A stretch of DNA of 64,000 bases from an uncultured Candidatus Rokubacteria bacterium (GCA_963754315.1 CAVWFS010000018.1:640001-704000); one strand, 5' to 3'; counted from the stretch's first letter, positions 18,860 through 28,531 are shown. Notes: generated by a model from the letters alone, not told the origin. Translations and numbers: made by a program.

Positions 18860-20112
18860 AGACCACGGATTCGGTGACCCTCTGACACCCGGCGGATGCC
18901 CTCCATGAGGGCAGCGGTTCGCAGATCGACCCCTTCTTTGGATGCGATGGCCCACACTCGGTTGAAGGCTCGCGTCATGACCTCCTGGAGCCTGGACACG
19001 ATCTCCGTCTCTCGCCAGAAGTAGTACTGGAGGCCCTGGACCCACTCGAAGTAAGAGACCACCACACCTCCGGCGTTGGCCAGAATGTCGGGAACGACCG
19101 TCACCCCGCGTTCACGAAGGAGCTGATCGGCCTCCGGCGTCGTGGGGCCATTCGCGCCCTCCACCACGATGCTGGCCTTGATCCGCTCGGCGTTATCCTG
19201 GTGGATCTGCGAGCCGACCGCGGCCGGAAGCAGGATGTCACACGACTGCTCGAGCAGTTCCGAGTTGGTCATGCTCTCTGTCCCTGCAAACCCCGCCACC
19301 GTACCGGCCTCGGCCACGTGACCTTCGAGAGCTCGAATGTCGATTCCGCGCTCGTTCCAAATGCCGCCCTGCACGTCGCTGACACCAGTGATCAGGGCGC
19401 CGTCGCGCCAGAGCAGGCGCGCCGCGACGGCTCCGACATTGCCAAATCCTTGAATGGCCACCCTCCGTCCTCGCACTTCCTGCCCCAGGCGCTTGGCGGC
19501 CTGGTACAGCACGTACACGATGCCGCGGCCAGTCGCCTCCCGGCGGCCAGCGGACCCGCCAACAATCAAAGGCTTACCGGTGACGACGCCGGGTACGCTC
19601 TTGCCCTGGGTCATGGAGTAGGTGTCCATGACCCAGGCCATTGTCTGCTCGTCAGTGCCGAGGTCAGGAGCCGGGATGTCGAGGTCGGGGCCGATCATCA
19701 GGATGATCTCGGCCGTGTAGCGCCGGGTAAGGTTCTCGCGCTCCTGGACTGACAGCGCTCGGGGGTTACAGCGGACCCCACCCTTCGCCCCCCCGTAGGG
19801 CAAGTTCATCAGAGCGCACTTCCAGGTCATGAGCATGGCCAGGGCCGTGACCTCGCCCAGGTTGACGTCGAGGTCATAGCGGAGTCCACCCTTGGTCGGA
19901 CCCAGAGCCGTGTTGTGATGGACACGGTACCCAATGAAAACGTTAGTTTTTCCGTCATCCATGCGAATCGGAATCGAGACCACCAGAGCCCGCCGAGGAT
20001 ACCGGAGGCGTTCGTGAACATCGCTCTCCAGCCCGATCTTGGAAGCCACGCGGTCCAGCTGGGCGACCGCGGTATGGTAAAGATGTGAATCGAATTCAGG
20101 ATTTGCGGTCAT
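18850..20112 (-). CDS. gdhA: Glu/Leu/Phe/Val dehydrogenase (glutamate dehydrogenase)
   Basis: GPTKGGLRY, GGAKGG, DIPAPD, TGKP, QGFGNVG, EGANGP and ANAGGVVVSYFEW motifs. Confidence 0.92.
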   Translation of the reverse strand: MTANPEFDSHLYHTAVAQLDRVASKIGLESDVHERLRYPRRALVVSIPIRMDDGKTNVFIGYRVHHNTALGPTKGGLRYDLDVNLGEVTALAMLMTWKCALMNLPYGGAKGGVRCNPRALSVQERENLTRRYTAEIILMIGPDLDIPAPDLGTDEQTMAWVMDTYSMTQGKSVPGVVTGKPLIVGGSAGRREATGRGIVYVLYQAAKRLGQEVRGRRVAIQGFGNVGAVAARLLWRDGALITGVSDVQGGIWNERGIDIRALEGHVAEAGTVAGFAGTESMTNSELLEQSCDILLPAAVGSQIHQDNAERIKASIVVEGANGPTTPEADQLLRERGVTVVPDILANAGGVVVSYFEWVQGLQYYFWRETEIVSRLQEVMTRAFNRVWAIASKEGVDLRTAALMEGIRRVSEGHRIRGLYP

Positions 20113-20154
20113 GGGACCTCTTTTTCTCTTGACGCGCATCCGGGATCGATGTGA

Positions 20155-20179
20155 AAATACGACTAAATGAGTCGGCGAT
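20155..20179. promoter_or_regulatory. Rrf2/IscR-type operator palindrome
   Basis: GACT-AAATG-AGTC (20161-20173) resembles the IscR type-1 box core. It lies just downstream of TTGACG (20129) and GAAAAT (20153) and upstream of the rrf2 gene. Confidence 0.6.
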
Positions 20180-20242
20180 CATAAAGATCGCCAACGGTTC
20201 GGGCTGTGACGCGTTCGAGCCGCCTCGGGGTGAGGGATATAG

Positions 20243-20701
20243 ATGCTCCGTTTTACCAAGCGTGCCGACTACGGGTTGATGGCGATTCATTATATCGCCG
20301 TCCACGAGGCAGTCGGTCCTGTCAGCGCGAAAAGGATCTCCGAGCAGTTCAATATTCCGCCGGAACTGCTGGCCAAGATCCTCCAGCGCCTGGCCAAGCG
20401 GGGACTGATCGCCAGCCAGAATGGGCCCAAGGGCGGCTATGTGCTGAGCCAGCGCTCGACCCAGGTAACGGTGGGGGATGTGATCCGGGCTCTCGAGGGG
20501 CCTGTACGCATCGTGAGCTGTTTGGAAGAATCGAGCGACTGCCCGCAACTGACCCGTTGCAATCTCCGCCGTCCCGTACAGAAGCTGCAGGTTGCCATCA
20601 CCCAAATGCTGGACTCGATGAGCTTGGCCGAGCTGACCAGCGACGACGTGCCAGAGATGCTTTCGATCGCCGGAACCAAGGAGGCCGACCGATGGCGTTG
20701 A
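20243..20701 (+). CDS. Rrf2-family Fe-S regulator (IscR/SufR-like)
   Basis: wHTH with GPKGGY, three Cys (CLEESSDCPQLTRC), first gene of the isc operon. Confidence 0.9.
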   Translation: MLRFTKRADYGLMAIHYIAVHEAVGPVSAKRISEQFNIPPELLAKILQRLAKRGLIASQNGPKGGYVLSQRSTQVTVGDVIRALEGPVRIVSCLEESSDCPQLTRCNLRRPVQKLQVAITQMLDSMSLAELTSDDVPEMLSIAGTKEADRWR

Positions 20702-21918
20702 AGTTCCCGATCTTTCTGGACGCGCAGTCGACCACACCCGGCGATCCCCGGGTGATCGAGGCGATGATCCCATACTTCACCGAGAAGTTCGGTCATCCAG
20801 GCAGTCGTAACCACTCGTTCGGGTGGGAAGCGGAGAGCGCTGTCGATCGCGCACGCGAACAGATTGGCAAGCTCATCGGTGCCCGCGATCCCAAAGAGAT
20901 CGTCTTCACCTCCGGAGGGACGGAAGCGATCAACCTGGCCATCAAGGGTGTCGCCGAGATGTACCGGGAGAAGGGCAATCACATCGTCACCACCGCCATC
21001 GAGCAGCGCGCCGGTCTCGATGTCTGTCGGCGACTCGAGCGCCAGGGCTTCGTGGTGACCCACGTTCCTGTCCAGGCTGATGGGCTGGTGGACGTGGCCG
21101 AGATCGCCAAGGCCATCACCGACAAGACCATCCTGATTTCGGTGATGTTCGCGAACAACGAGATCGGGACGATCCAGGACATCGCCGCCGTGGGCAAGCT
21201 GGCCAAGGACAAGGGAATCATCTTTCACACCGACGCAACCCAGGCCGTCGGCAAGATCCCTGTCAACGTGGAGAGCATGGGCGTCGATCTGCTCTCGTGT
21301 ACCGCGCACCTGCTCTACGGGCCCAAGGGGGTGGGAGCTCTCTATGTCCGACGCAAAGCACCACGCGTTCGCATCGCGCCGCTTCTCGACGGTGGGGGGC
21401 ACGAGCGCGGCATGCGATCGGGAACCCTTCCCGTTCCGCTCATCGTGGGCTTCGGGCGGGCGGCGGAGATTTGCGGCGAGGTGATGACGGAGGAAGGTCG
21501 CCGCCTGGCACGGCTGCGCGATACCCTGCAAGACACGATCTTGTCCAGCGTGGACGAGGCGTTTCTCAACGGCCACCCGGAGCGACGATTGCCGCACAAC
21601 CTGAACATCTCGTTCGCCTACGTGGAGGGGGAGTCGGTCCTGATGGGGCTTAACAAGGAGACGGCCCTGTCGTCGGGGTCGGCCTGCACCTCGTCGACCC
21701 TGGAGCCATCCTACGTGATCGCCGCCCTCGGGGCCAGCGCCGAGCTCGCCCACTCCTCGATCCGCTTCAGCTTGCACCGGTTCACCACGGACGAGGAAGT
21801 GGCCTACGTGGGGAAGCGCACCATTGAGGTTGTGCAGCGTCTACGGGACATGTCGCCCCTTTACGAGCTGGCCAAAGAAGGTGTCGACCTGAAGACGATT
21901 CAGTGGAAAGCTGAGTAA
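20692..21918 (+). CDS. iscS: IscS-subfamily cysteine desulfurase homolog lacking the PLP-binding lysine
   Basis: IscS motifs FTSGGTE, ANNEIG, GGGHERGMRSGT, SSGSACTS and the SPLYELAKEGVDLKTIQW tail. It has AHLLYGPKG instead of AHKxYGPKG. Confidence 0.9.
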   Translation: MALKFPIFLDAQSTTPGDPRVIEAMIPYFTEKFGHPGSRNHSFGWEAESAVDRAREQIGKLIGARDPKEIVFTSGGTEAINLAIKGVAEMYREKGNHIVTTAIEQRAGLDVCRRLERQGFVVTHVPVQADGLVDVAEIAKAITDKTILISVMFANNEIGTIQDIAAVGKLAKDKGIIFHTDATQAVGKIPVNVESMGVDLLSCTAHLLYGPKGVGALYVRRKAPRVRIAPLLDGGGHERGMRSGTLPVPLIVGFGRAAEICGEVMTEEGRRLARLRDTLQDTILSSVDEAFLNGHPERRLPHNLNISFAYVEGESVLMGLNKETALSSGSACTSSTLEPSYVIAALGASAELAHSSIRFSLHRFTTDEEVAYVGKRTIEVVQRLRDMSPLYELAKEGVDLKTIQWKAE

Positions 21919-21933
21919 GGGAGGAGCCGGGGC

Positions 21934-22347
21934 ATGGCGTACAGCGAAAAGGTCGTAGACCACTACAACAACCCCCGCAACGTGGGGTCCTTCGCCAAGG
22001 ATACGGCCGGAGTGGGGACAGGGCTCGTGGGGGCGCCGGAGTGCGGTGACGTCATGAAGCTTCAGATCAAGGTGAATCTCGAAACCGGGGTGATCGAGGA
22101 CGCCAAGTTCAAGACCTTCGGGTGCGGGAGCGCCATCGCTTCCTCGAGCCTGGCCACCGAATGGTTGAAGGGGAGAACGGTGGAAGAGGCGGGGAAGATC
22201 AAGAACACCGACATCGTGAACGAGCTGAAGCTGCCCCCGGTCAAGATTCATTGCTCGGTTCTCGCCGAGGACGCCATCAAGGCGGCTCTGGCGGACTACC
22301 GGGACAAGCAGGCGAAGTCGGCGGCGGGGACGGCCGCCCAGGGCTAG
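21934..22347 (+). CDS. iscU: Fe-S scaffold IscU
   Basis: YSEKVVDHY, GAPECGD, FGCGSA and LPPVKIHC. Confidence 0.97.
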   Translation: MAYSEKVVDHYNNPRNVGSFAKDTAGVGTGLVGAPECGDVMKLQIKVNLETGVIEDAKFKTFGCGSAIASSSLATEWLKGRTVEEAGKIKNTDIVNELKLPPVKIHCSVLAEDAIKAALADYRDKQAKSAAGTAAQG

Positions 22348-22360
22348 GAGGGGATCAGTC

Positions 22361-22690
22361 ATGAGTGTCGCGCTCTCGGAAGCTGCTACGAAGCAGGTGA
22401 AGGAGCTCAAGCAGGCCCAACGCCTTCCCGACAACGTGTTCCTGCGCATGGGGGTGAAGGGCGGAGGCTGCTCGGGCATGGCGTACGCGCTGGAGTTCGA
22501 CTCGGAGATCGGACCCCACGACAAGGAGTTCGAGGTCGATGGGGTGAAGGTTGTCGTCGACCGCAAGAGCTATCTGTATCTGAACGGCACCACGCTCGAC
22601 TACGTCAAGCAGGGGTTGACAAGCGGCTTCACGTTCGTGAACCCCAACGCCAAATCGAGTTGCGGGTGCGGGACATCGTTCTCGGCTTAA
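22361..22690 (+). CDS. iscA: A-type Fe-S carrier IscA/HesB
   Basis: GGGCSG and NPNAKSSCGCGTSF. Confidence 0.95.
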   Translation: MSVALSEAATKQVKELKQAQRLPDNVFLRMGVKGGGCSGMAYALEFDSEIGPHDKEFEVDGVKVVVDRKSYLYLNGTTLDYVKQGLTSGFTFVNPNAKSSCGCGTSFSA

Positions 22691-22710
22691 CCGGGTGAGG
22701 CGACCGCAAC

Positions 22711-22748
22711 GCCAACGGGCCCGGCTGACCGGGCCCGTTGGCATTTTT
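22711..22748 (+). terminator. Intrinsic terminator-like hairpin after iscA
   Basis: 14-bp perfect stem GCCAACGGGCCCGG, loop CTGA, CCGGGCCCGTTGGC, followed by ATTTTT. Confidence 0.75.
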
Positions 22749-22770
22749 GGACATGCGTCGTGGGAGGGAC

Positions 22771-23362
22771 ATGGACTACTTCGAGATCTTCGGGCTGCCC
22801 CGGCGGTTGGCCGTTGACGAGAGCAGCGCTGCAGCGGCGCTTCTATGAGCTATCCCGCCAGCATCACCCTGACTTTCATCTGGGTGCCTCGCCGGAGGAT
22901 CAGGCGCGGGCCCTGAGCACATCGGCCCTGGTCAACGCCGCGTACCGCGCTCTGCGTGACCCCATCCGACGGATCGAGTATCTGCTTCGCCTCGAAGAGG
23001 GACGCGACGCGGAGGAGGGTGAAGCGGTCAAGCCCAAAGCCAGCCCTGGTCTGCTCGCCGAGATGTTCGAGATCCAGGAGGCACTCCAGGAAGCCAAGGG
23101 GGGCGGCGTCGACGAGGCCGGACTGGAGGCTCTGCGTCGGCAACGCGACGAGCTGAGCGCGCGCTGCCGCGCCGAGGAAACGCGCCTACAGGAGTCGCTT
23201 TCGCAGGCGTGGGACGCCGCCCCGCTCGTCGAGCGACCCCGAGCGTCGGCCGCTCTGCGGGAGGCGCTCGCCACTCGCGCCTATCTGCGGACCGTCATCG
23301 ATGATCTCAGCCAGGTCCTGGGGGAGGAACAAGAGCCGCATGTCGCGCATCATCGGCATTGA
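22771..23362 (+). CDS. hscB: Fe-S co-chaperone HscB, +1 frameshift near 22822-22825
   Basis: MDYFEIFGLPRRLAVDE from ATG 22771 joins ALQRRFYELSRQHHPDF (J-domain HPD) and NAAYRALRDP in the next frame. Confidence 0.88.
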
Positions 23363-25172
23363 TCTGGGGACGACCAATAGCCTCGTCGCCTATGTGGACG
23401 AGGGGACGGGGCTTCCTCGCGTCATTGCCGACGCGAGCGGGGAAGTCCTGTTGCCATCCGTGGTCTCGTTCACCCCTGGCGGGATCCTCGTGGGGCATGC
23501 CGCGCGGCGCGCGCTGGTCAGGGAGCCGCGGAGCACGATCTATTCGGTCAAGCGGTTCATGGGGCGAGGTTTCGACGACGTCCGCGACGAGCTTCGCTAC
23601 TTTCCGTTTACCGTGCGGGCGGTCGACGGCGTCGTCCGTCTGGTGGCCGGCGACCGTGAGGTGACGCCGCCCGAGGTGTCGGCCGTCATTCTCAAGTCCT
23701 TGCGGGAGCGGGCGGCGGCACACCTCGGGGAATCGATCGAGAAGGCGGTGGTCACCGTGCCCGCCTATTTCAACGATAGCCAGCGGCAGGCCACGCGTGA
23801 CGCGGGCCGCATCGCGGGCCTCGACGTCGTCCGCATCGTCAACGAGCCCACGGCGGCTTCCCTCGCCTATGGGTTGCAGCGGCGCCGCGACGGCCTGATC
23901 GCCGTCTACGACCTTGGGGGCGGAACGTTCGATATCTCGATTCTGCGCGTGAAGGACGGAGTGTTCGAGGTGCTGGCCACCAATGGCGACACGCACCTCG
24001 GCGGCGACGACGTCGACCGGGCCATCCAGGTGATGTTCTTGGGGGACATCCGAACCCGCCACGGGGTCGATCTGGGGGATGATGTCGAGGCCCTCCAGGA
24101 GCTCCGCTTGGCGGCGGAGGCAGCCAAGATCCGGCTGTCCACCGAGGAGCGGACCGTGGTGACCATCCCCTTCGATGGCTTCGTGTACCAGCGGCAGATG
24201 AGCCGCCGCGAGCTCGAGGTGCTCATGGAGCCCCTCGTCGCGCGAACCCTCCAGCCGTGCCGGGGAGCCCTGCTCGATGCGGGGCTCACGGCAGCTGATA
24301 TCGACGAGGTCGTTCTCGTGGGCGGATCGACCCGGGTGCCCCTGGTGCGCCGCCGCGTTCAGGAGCTGTTCGGGCGGACCCCGCACAGTCAGATCAACCC
24401 CGACGAGGTCGTGGCGCTCGGCGCCGCCGTGCAGGCTCACATCATGTCGGGAGGGATCGACCACATGCTGCTGCTCGATGTCACCCCGCTCTCGCTGGGG
24501 ATCGAGACGTTGGGCGGCATCGTGAGCGTGCTCATTCATCGCAACACGACCATCCCCACCAGTGCCAAGGAGCTGTTCACGACCTCGGTCGACGGACAGC
24601 GGGTGGTCGACCTGCACGTGGTGCAAGGCGAGCGCGAGCTGGCCAAGGACTGCCGCTCCCTCGCTCGCTTCGAGCTCTCCGACATCGATCCCATGCCGGC
24701 CGGTATGCCGAAGATCGAGATGACCTTCCTGATCGATGCCAATGGCATCCTGCAAGTGACGGCGCGTGAGCTCCGCACGGGCAAGGTGGCCTCCATCGAC
24801 GTGCGGCCGACGTACGGGTTGGCGGAGGCGGACGTGGCGCGGATGGTGGAAGAGTCGTTCACCTACGCGGAGGCGGACGTGGAGGCGCGCCTGCTCATCG
24901 AGACCCGCACGGAGGCCGAGACGGTCATCACGCACGTGGAGCGCGCCCTGCGGCAAGCGGGCGACCTCGCCACCGCCGAGGAGCGCGAGCAGATCGCCGC
25001 CGGGCTGGGGGAACTCCGGCGGGCGTGCGAGGGCACGGATCGAGATCTCATCCGCGACAGGACCACCGAGCTCAACCGGATCACGGCCAGGCTGGCCGAG
25101 GAGATGATGGACGCCGCCCTCCGCGGGGCGCTCGGTCAGACGACGGCCGGGCAGAGGGAGGACCCCGCCTGA
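23340..25172 (+). CDS. hscA: Fe-S chaperone HscA (Hsp70)
   Basis: [30 protein letters not shown] and LVGGSTR, positioned between hscB and fdx. Confidence 0.93.
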   Translation: MSRIIGIDLGTTNSLVAYVDEGTGLPRVIADASGEVLLPSVVSFTPGGILVGHAARRALVREPRSTIYSVKRFMGRGFDDVRDELRYFPFTVRAVDGVVRLVAGDREVTPPEVSAVILKSLRERAAAHLGESIEKAVVTVPAYFNDSQRQATRDAGRIAGLDVVRIVNEPTAASLAYGLQRRRDGLIAVYDLGGGTFDISILRVKDGVFEVLATNGDTHLGGDDVDRAIQVMFLGDIRTRHGVDLGDDVEALQELRLAAEAAKIRLSTEERTVVTIPFDGFVYQRQMSRRELEVLMEPLVARTLQPCRGALLDAGLTAADIDEVVLVGGSTRVPLVRRRVQELFGRTPHSQINPDEVVALGAAVQAHIMSGGIDHMLLLDVTPLSLGIETLGGIVSVLIHRNTTIPTSAKELFTTSVDGQRVVDLHVVQGERELAKDCRSLARFELSDIDPMPAGMPKIEMTFLIDANGILQVTARELRTGKVASIDVRPTYGLAEADVARMVEESFTYAEADVEARLLIETRTEAETVITHVERALRQAGDLATAEEREQIAAGLGELRRACEGTDRDLIRDRTTELNRITARLAEEMMDAALRGALGQTTAGQREDPA

Positions 25173-25495
25173 TGGCCGTGCACAAGGTGACGTTTCTCCC
25201 CGCCAATGTCACCATCGAGGTCGACGATGCGAAGTACCCCCTCGCCGATCACGGCCGACCTGGCTCCCTCCTCGACATCGCTCTTGCTCACGACGTCTCT
25301 CTCGAGCACAACTGCGGCGGAAGCTGCGCCTGCACCACCTGTCATGTCATCGTGCGCCAGGGCGAATCGCATCTCTCGGCGATGGAAGCCGACGAGGAAG
25401 ATCGACTCGACATGGCCGAGGGGCTGACCATTCACTCCCGTCTTGGCTGCCAGGCGATCGTGCAGGGCGACGTGACGGTGGAGATTCCCAAGTGA
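25172..25495 (+). CDS. fdx: ISC-type [2Fe-2S] ferredoxin
   Basis: [13 protein letters not shown] and SRLGCQ. Confidence 0.95.
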   Translation: MAVHKVTFLPANVTIEVDDAKYPLADHGRPGSLLDIALAHDVSLEHNCGGSCACTTCHVIVRQGESHLSAMEADEEDRLDMAEGLTIHSRLGCQAIVQGDVTVEIPK

Positions 25496-25701
25496 CACAG
25501 ATGGGTTGGCGCGACGCGGAAGATATCGGCATCGCCCTGGCCGAGCGTTTTCCCGACCTCGATCCCCTCACGGTGCGTTTCACCGATCTGCATCGCTGGG
25601 TGACCGAGTTGCCCGGGTTCGGCGATGACCCGAAGGGGTCGAACGAAAAGATCTTGGAAACCATTCAGATGGCCTGGCTGGACGAGTACCGGAACCGCTA
25701 G
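25492..25701 (+). CDS. iscX: Fe-S assembly protein IscX
   Basis: [14 protein letters not shown] and [13 protein letters not shown]. Confidence 0.95.
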   Translation: MTQMGWRDAEDIGIALAERFPDLDPLTVRFTDLHRWVTELPGFGDDPKGSNEKILETIQMAWLDEYRNR

Positions 25702-25720
25702 GGTCTCTCCACCCGATGCC

Positions 25721-25942
25721 TCACCAACTGATCACTTGATCGGCAGCGAAGACGAGATCCAGGAGTTGGTCATACGAGAGGTCGGCGGGAACACGATGTG
25801 TGGTCACCCCGGGCGGGAGCGCGAGGAGTCCGGGGCCGGTCACGGCCACCGTCACCGTATCGCCGGCCGCGACCTGTCCGCGGATGACGTCGAGAGCACG
25901 CGACCAATCGGGCTGGCCGACAATGTGGAGCACGGCCGCCAT
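25721..25942 (-). CDS. DsrH/TusB-like small protein
   Basis: VLHIV N-terminus and C-terminal SYDQLLDLVFAADQVISW resembling TusB. TGATG overlap with the upstream DsrF-like gene. Confidence 0.7.
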   Translation of the reverse strand: MAAVLHIVGQPDWSRALDVIRGQVAAGDTVTVAVTGPGLLALPPGVTTHRVPADLSYDQLLDLVFAADQVISW

Positions 25943-26298
25943 CAGAAGCTGAGGACGCGCCGGCTGGCACGCACGAGGTCGACGATGGTGGCTGCGTTCA
26001 CGAGTCTGACGGGATGGCCATCGGCGTTCCAATCGGACTCGGACGGCCGCGACGCCTCCTCCACGTGGAAGGGGATTCCAAGGGCCTTAAGGTTGGAGCG
26101 AAACTTGGCAATGTCGTCACCATCGACGAGGTCATCGGTATCGCCGTCGAGGAGGTGGACACCGGGACCCGTGAGCACGAAGGTGACCTCGTTCTCTCCC
26201 GAGACGATGCCAAGCCCGATCCGCATGGCCTCATTGGCCCGGTGGGACTGGCGGGGATCGAGGGAGATGAGCACGAGGACGGGGCCCTGGTCGGTCAC
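25942..26298 (-). CDS. DsrF/TusC-like DsrE-family protein (no Cys)
   Basis: P..SHRANEAMRIGLG and FVLTGPGVHLL DsrE-fold pattern. Middle gene of the trio. Confidence 0.75.
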   Translation of the reverse strand: MTDQGPVLVLISLDPRQSHRANEAMRIGLGIVSGENEVTFVLTGPGVHLLDGDTDDLVDGDDIAKFRSNLKALGIPFHVEEASRPSESDWNADGHPVRLVNAATIVDLVRASRRVLSF

Positions 26299-26314
26299 GA
26301 GACGGCGAGGGGGC

Positions 26315-26638
26315 TCAGTTGAGCGCGATGAAGCGGTCGGTGCCGTTGATGATGTCGGTCAGCACCACCAGACCGCAGTACGTGATGTCGCTGGCGTCCT
26401 CCAATGGGATCCTGCGCTTCTGGCACCCGTAGGCGCAGACGAAGAGCTTGGCTCCCTGTGCGGGCAGTGCGCGCACACGCGGTTCGGCGAGGGCGGTGAC
26501 CCCGTCGTCGATGAGGTAGAGATACACGGACGCCCCACGCCCGAGGGCAGCGGTGGCCAGGCCGAGGGCCGTTTCGAGGTTCACATGCTGGGGCCCGGTC
26601 GAGAGCATCAGACCGAGCTTTTTTCGGGCTAGATCCAT
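26315..26638 (-). CDS. DsrE/TusD-like sulfur carrier
   Basis: YLIDDGV and FVCAYGCQKR (Cys at the TusD persulfide position), GLVVLTDII...DRFI. Confidence 0.82.
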   Translation of the reverse strand: MDLARKKLGLMLSTGPQHVNLETALGLATAALGRGASVYLYLIDDGVTALAEPRVRALPAQGAKLFVCAYGCQKRRIPLEDASDITYCGLVVLTDIINGTDRFIALN

Positions 26639-26678
26639 CCGGGGGAGCCTAGCATCGGGTAGGGAGGAGAGCAAGCGC

Positions 26679-27836
26679 ATGAGTCGTCGAGTGTACCTGG
26701 ATCACAACGCGTCGACGCCGGTCCATCCCGAAGTCGTGGCGGAGATGCTGCCGTTCTTGACCGAGCGTTTTGGCAACCCGTCGAGTGTGCACGCCTTTGG
26801 CCGCGAAGCGCGGGAAGGGCTCGACCTGGCTCGTGAAAAGGTGGCCCGGCTACTCGGGGTGCGGCCGGACGAGGTCGTCTTCACGTCGGGGGGGACGGAG
26901 TCGGACAACTTCGCGCTCAAGGGGCTGGCGGAGGCAAGAGGGAAGGGACACATCATCACCTCGCGCATCGAGCACCACGCGGTGCTTCGGACATGCCAGG
27001 CTCTGGAGAGCCTCGGCTTCGCAGTCACCTATCTCCCAGTGGACAAGCACGGTATGGTCGACCCCGACGACGTCCGCCGCGCCATTCGCCCGGACACGTT
27101 CATCGTCAGCGTGATGCACGCTAACAGCGAGATCGGTACCGTTCAGCCCATCGCTGCCATCGGGGCCGTGGCCCGTGAGCACGACATCACTTTCCATGTG
27201 GACGCCGTGCAGACCTTCGGGAAGATCCCGATCGAGGTGGAGGGTTGGGGAATTGACCTCCTATCTTGCTCGGCGCATAAGATCTACGGTCCAAAGGGGG
27301 TGGCCGCCCTCTTCATCCGACGAGGGACTAAGATGGTCTCCATCCAGCACGGGGGCGAGCACGAACGTCGCCGCCGAGCCGGGACAGAGAACGTGGCCAG
27401 TATTGTGGGCTTTGGCAAGGCGGCGGAGGTGCGAGCGCGTGACATGGTGGAGGAAGGCAAGCGTCTGCGCGCCCTCCGTGAGCGCCTGTGGGAGGGGATC
27501 AGCGCACGCGTGCCCGACGTGCGGCTGAACGGCCATCCGACGGCGCGCGTGCCCGGCACCGTCAACCTGGGTTTCCGCCACGTGGAATCGGAGTCCATCG
27601 TGCTGGGCCTCGACCTGAAAGGTATCGCAGTCTCCGCTGGCTCTGCCTGTACCTCCGGGAATGTCGAGCCGTCCTACGTCCTGGTGGCCATGGGAGTTGC
27701 CCTCGAATGGGCCATGGGGGCCGTGCGCTGTTCGCTCGGACGCGAGACCACCGCAGAGGACGTGGACTATGTCATCGACTGTGCGGTACCCCTCGTGCGC
27801 AAGCTCCGTGAGGCCCTTCCGGCGGCCGCCGTCTGA
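26679..27836 (+). CDS. Cysteine desulfurase (NifS/IscS group I) with intact catalytic motifs
   Basis: [29 protein letters not shown] and SAGSACTSG. It lacks the C-terminal IscU-docking tail. Confidence 0.93.
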   Translation: MSRRVYLDHNASTPVHPEVVAEMLPFLTERFGNPSSVHAFGREAREGLDLAREKVARLLGVRPDEVVFTSGGTESDNFALKGLAEARGKGHIITSRIEHHAVLRTCQALESLGFAVTYLPVDKHGMVDPDDVRRAIRPDTFIVSVMHANSEIGTVQPIAAIGAVAREHDITFHVDAVQTFGKIPIEVEGWGIDLLSCSAHKIYGPKGVAALFIRRGTKMVSIQHGGEHERRRRAGTENVASIVGFGKAAEVRARDMVEEGKRLRALRERLWEGISARVPDVRLNGHPTARVPGTVNLGFRHVESESIVLGLDLKGIAVSAGSACTSGNVEPSYVLVAMGVALEWAMGAVRCSLGRETTAEDVDYVIDCAVPLVRKLREALPAAAV

Positions 27837-27847
27837 GGTACGAGACC

Positions 27848-28513
27848 ATGTTTGACTCGATCCGCCGCGACATTCAAGTGGTCCTCGAGCGCGATCCAGC
27901 CGCCCGCTCAGCTCTGGAGGTTCTGGTTTGCTATCCGGGGGTCCACGCCCTCGCCTTTCATCGCCTCGGGCATCGCTTCTGGCAGGCAGGATGGCCGACC
28001 CTGGCCCGTTTCACCTCCCATGTCGCACGCGCCCTCACCGGCATCGAGATCCATCCCGCCGCCCGGCTCGGGAATGGTCTCTTCATCGATCACGGGATGG
28101 GGGTGGTGATCGGAGAGACGGCGGAGGTCGGGGAAAATGTGACTTTGCTCCAGGGGGTGACACTCGGCGGGACCAGCCTCAAGCGTGAGAAGCGCCATCC
28201 TACGCTCGGCGACAACGTGGTCGTGGGGGCGGGTGCGGCCGTCCTCGGCGCCATCGCCATCGGTGACAACAGCCGGATCGGAGCCGGTTCGGTCGTGGTG
28301 CGCGACGTGCCGGCCAACGCCGTGGTGGTGGGTGTCCCGGGGAAGGTGACCTACAAAGACGGCCAGCGGGTGAGCGCCGGGATTGACCTGAACCAGACGG
28401 ATCTGCCCGATCCGGTCGCGAAAGCGATCGAGCATCTGCTCGACCGCATCCAGACGCTCGAGGGGGAGGTCGAGGCGCTCCGGCGCGTGACGGAGTCGGA
28501 GCGGGTCGAGTGA
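27848..28513 (+). CDS. cysE: Serine O-acetyltransferase
   Basis: [27 protein letters not shown] and KRHPTLGD. Confidence 0.96.
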   Translation: MFDSIRRDIQVVLERDPAARSALEVLVCYPGVHALAFHRLGHRFWQAGWPTLARFTSHVARALTGIEIHPAARLGNGLFIDHGMGVVIGETAEVGENVTLLQGVTLGGTSLKREKRHPTLGDNVVVGAGAAVLGAIAIGDNSRIGAGSVVVRDVPANAVVVGVPGKVTYKDGQRVSAGIDLNQTDLPDPVAKAIEHLLDRIQTLEGEVEALRRVTESERVE

Positions 28514-28531
28514 ACTGCCGGGTGACCTGAC

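Noticed and set aside
23307..24956. Long antisense ORFs such as the 549-aa ORF opposite hscA and others opposite iscS, proS and argJ
   Set aside because: These are shadow ORFs expected from high-GC codon bias and carry no recognisable motifs.
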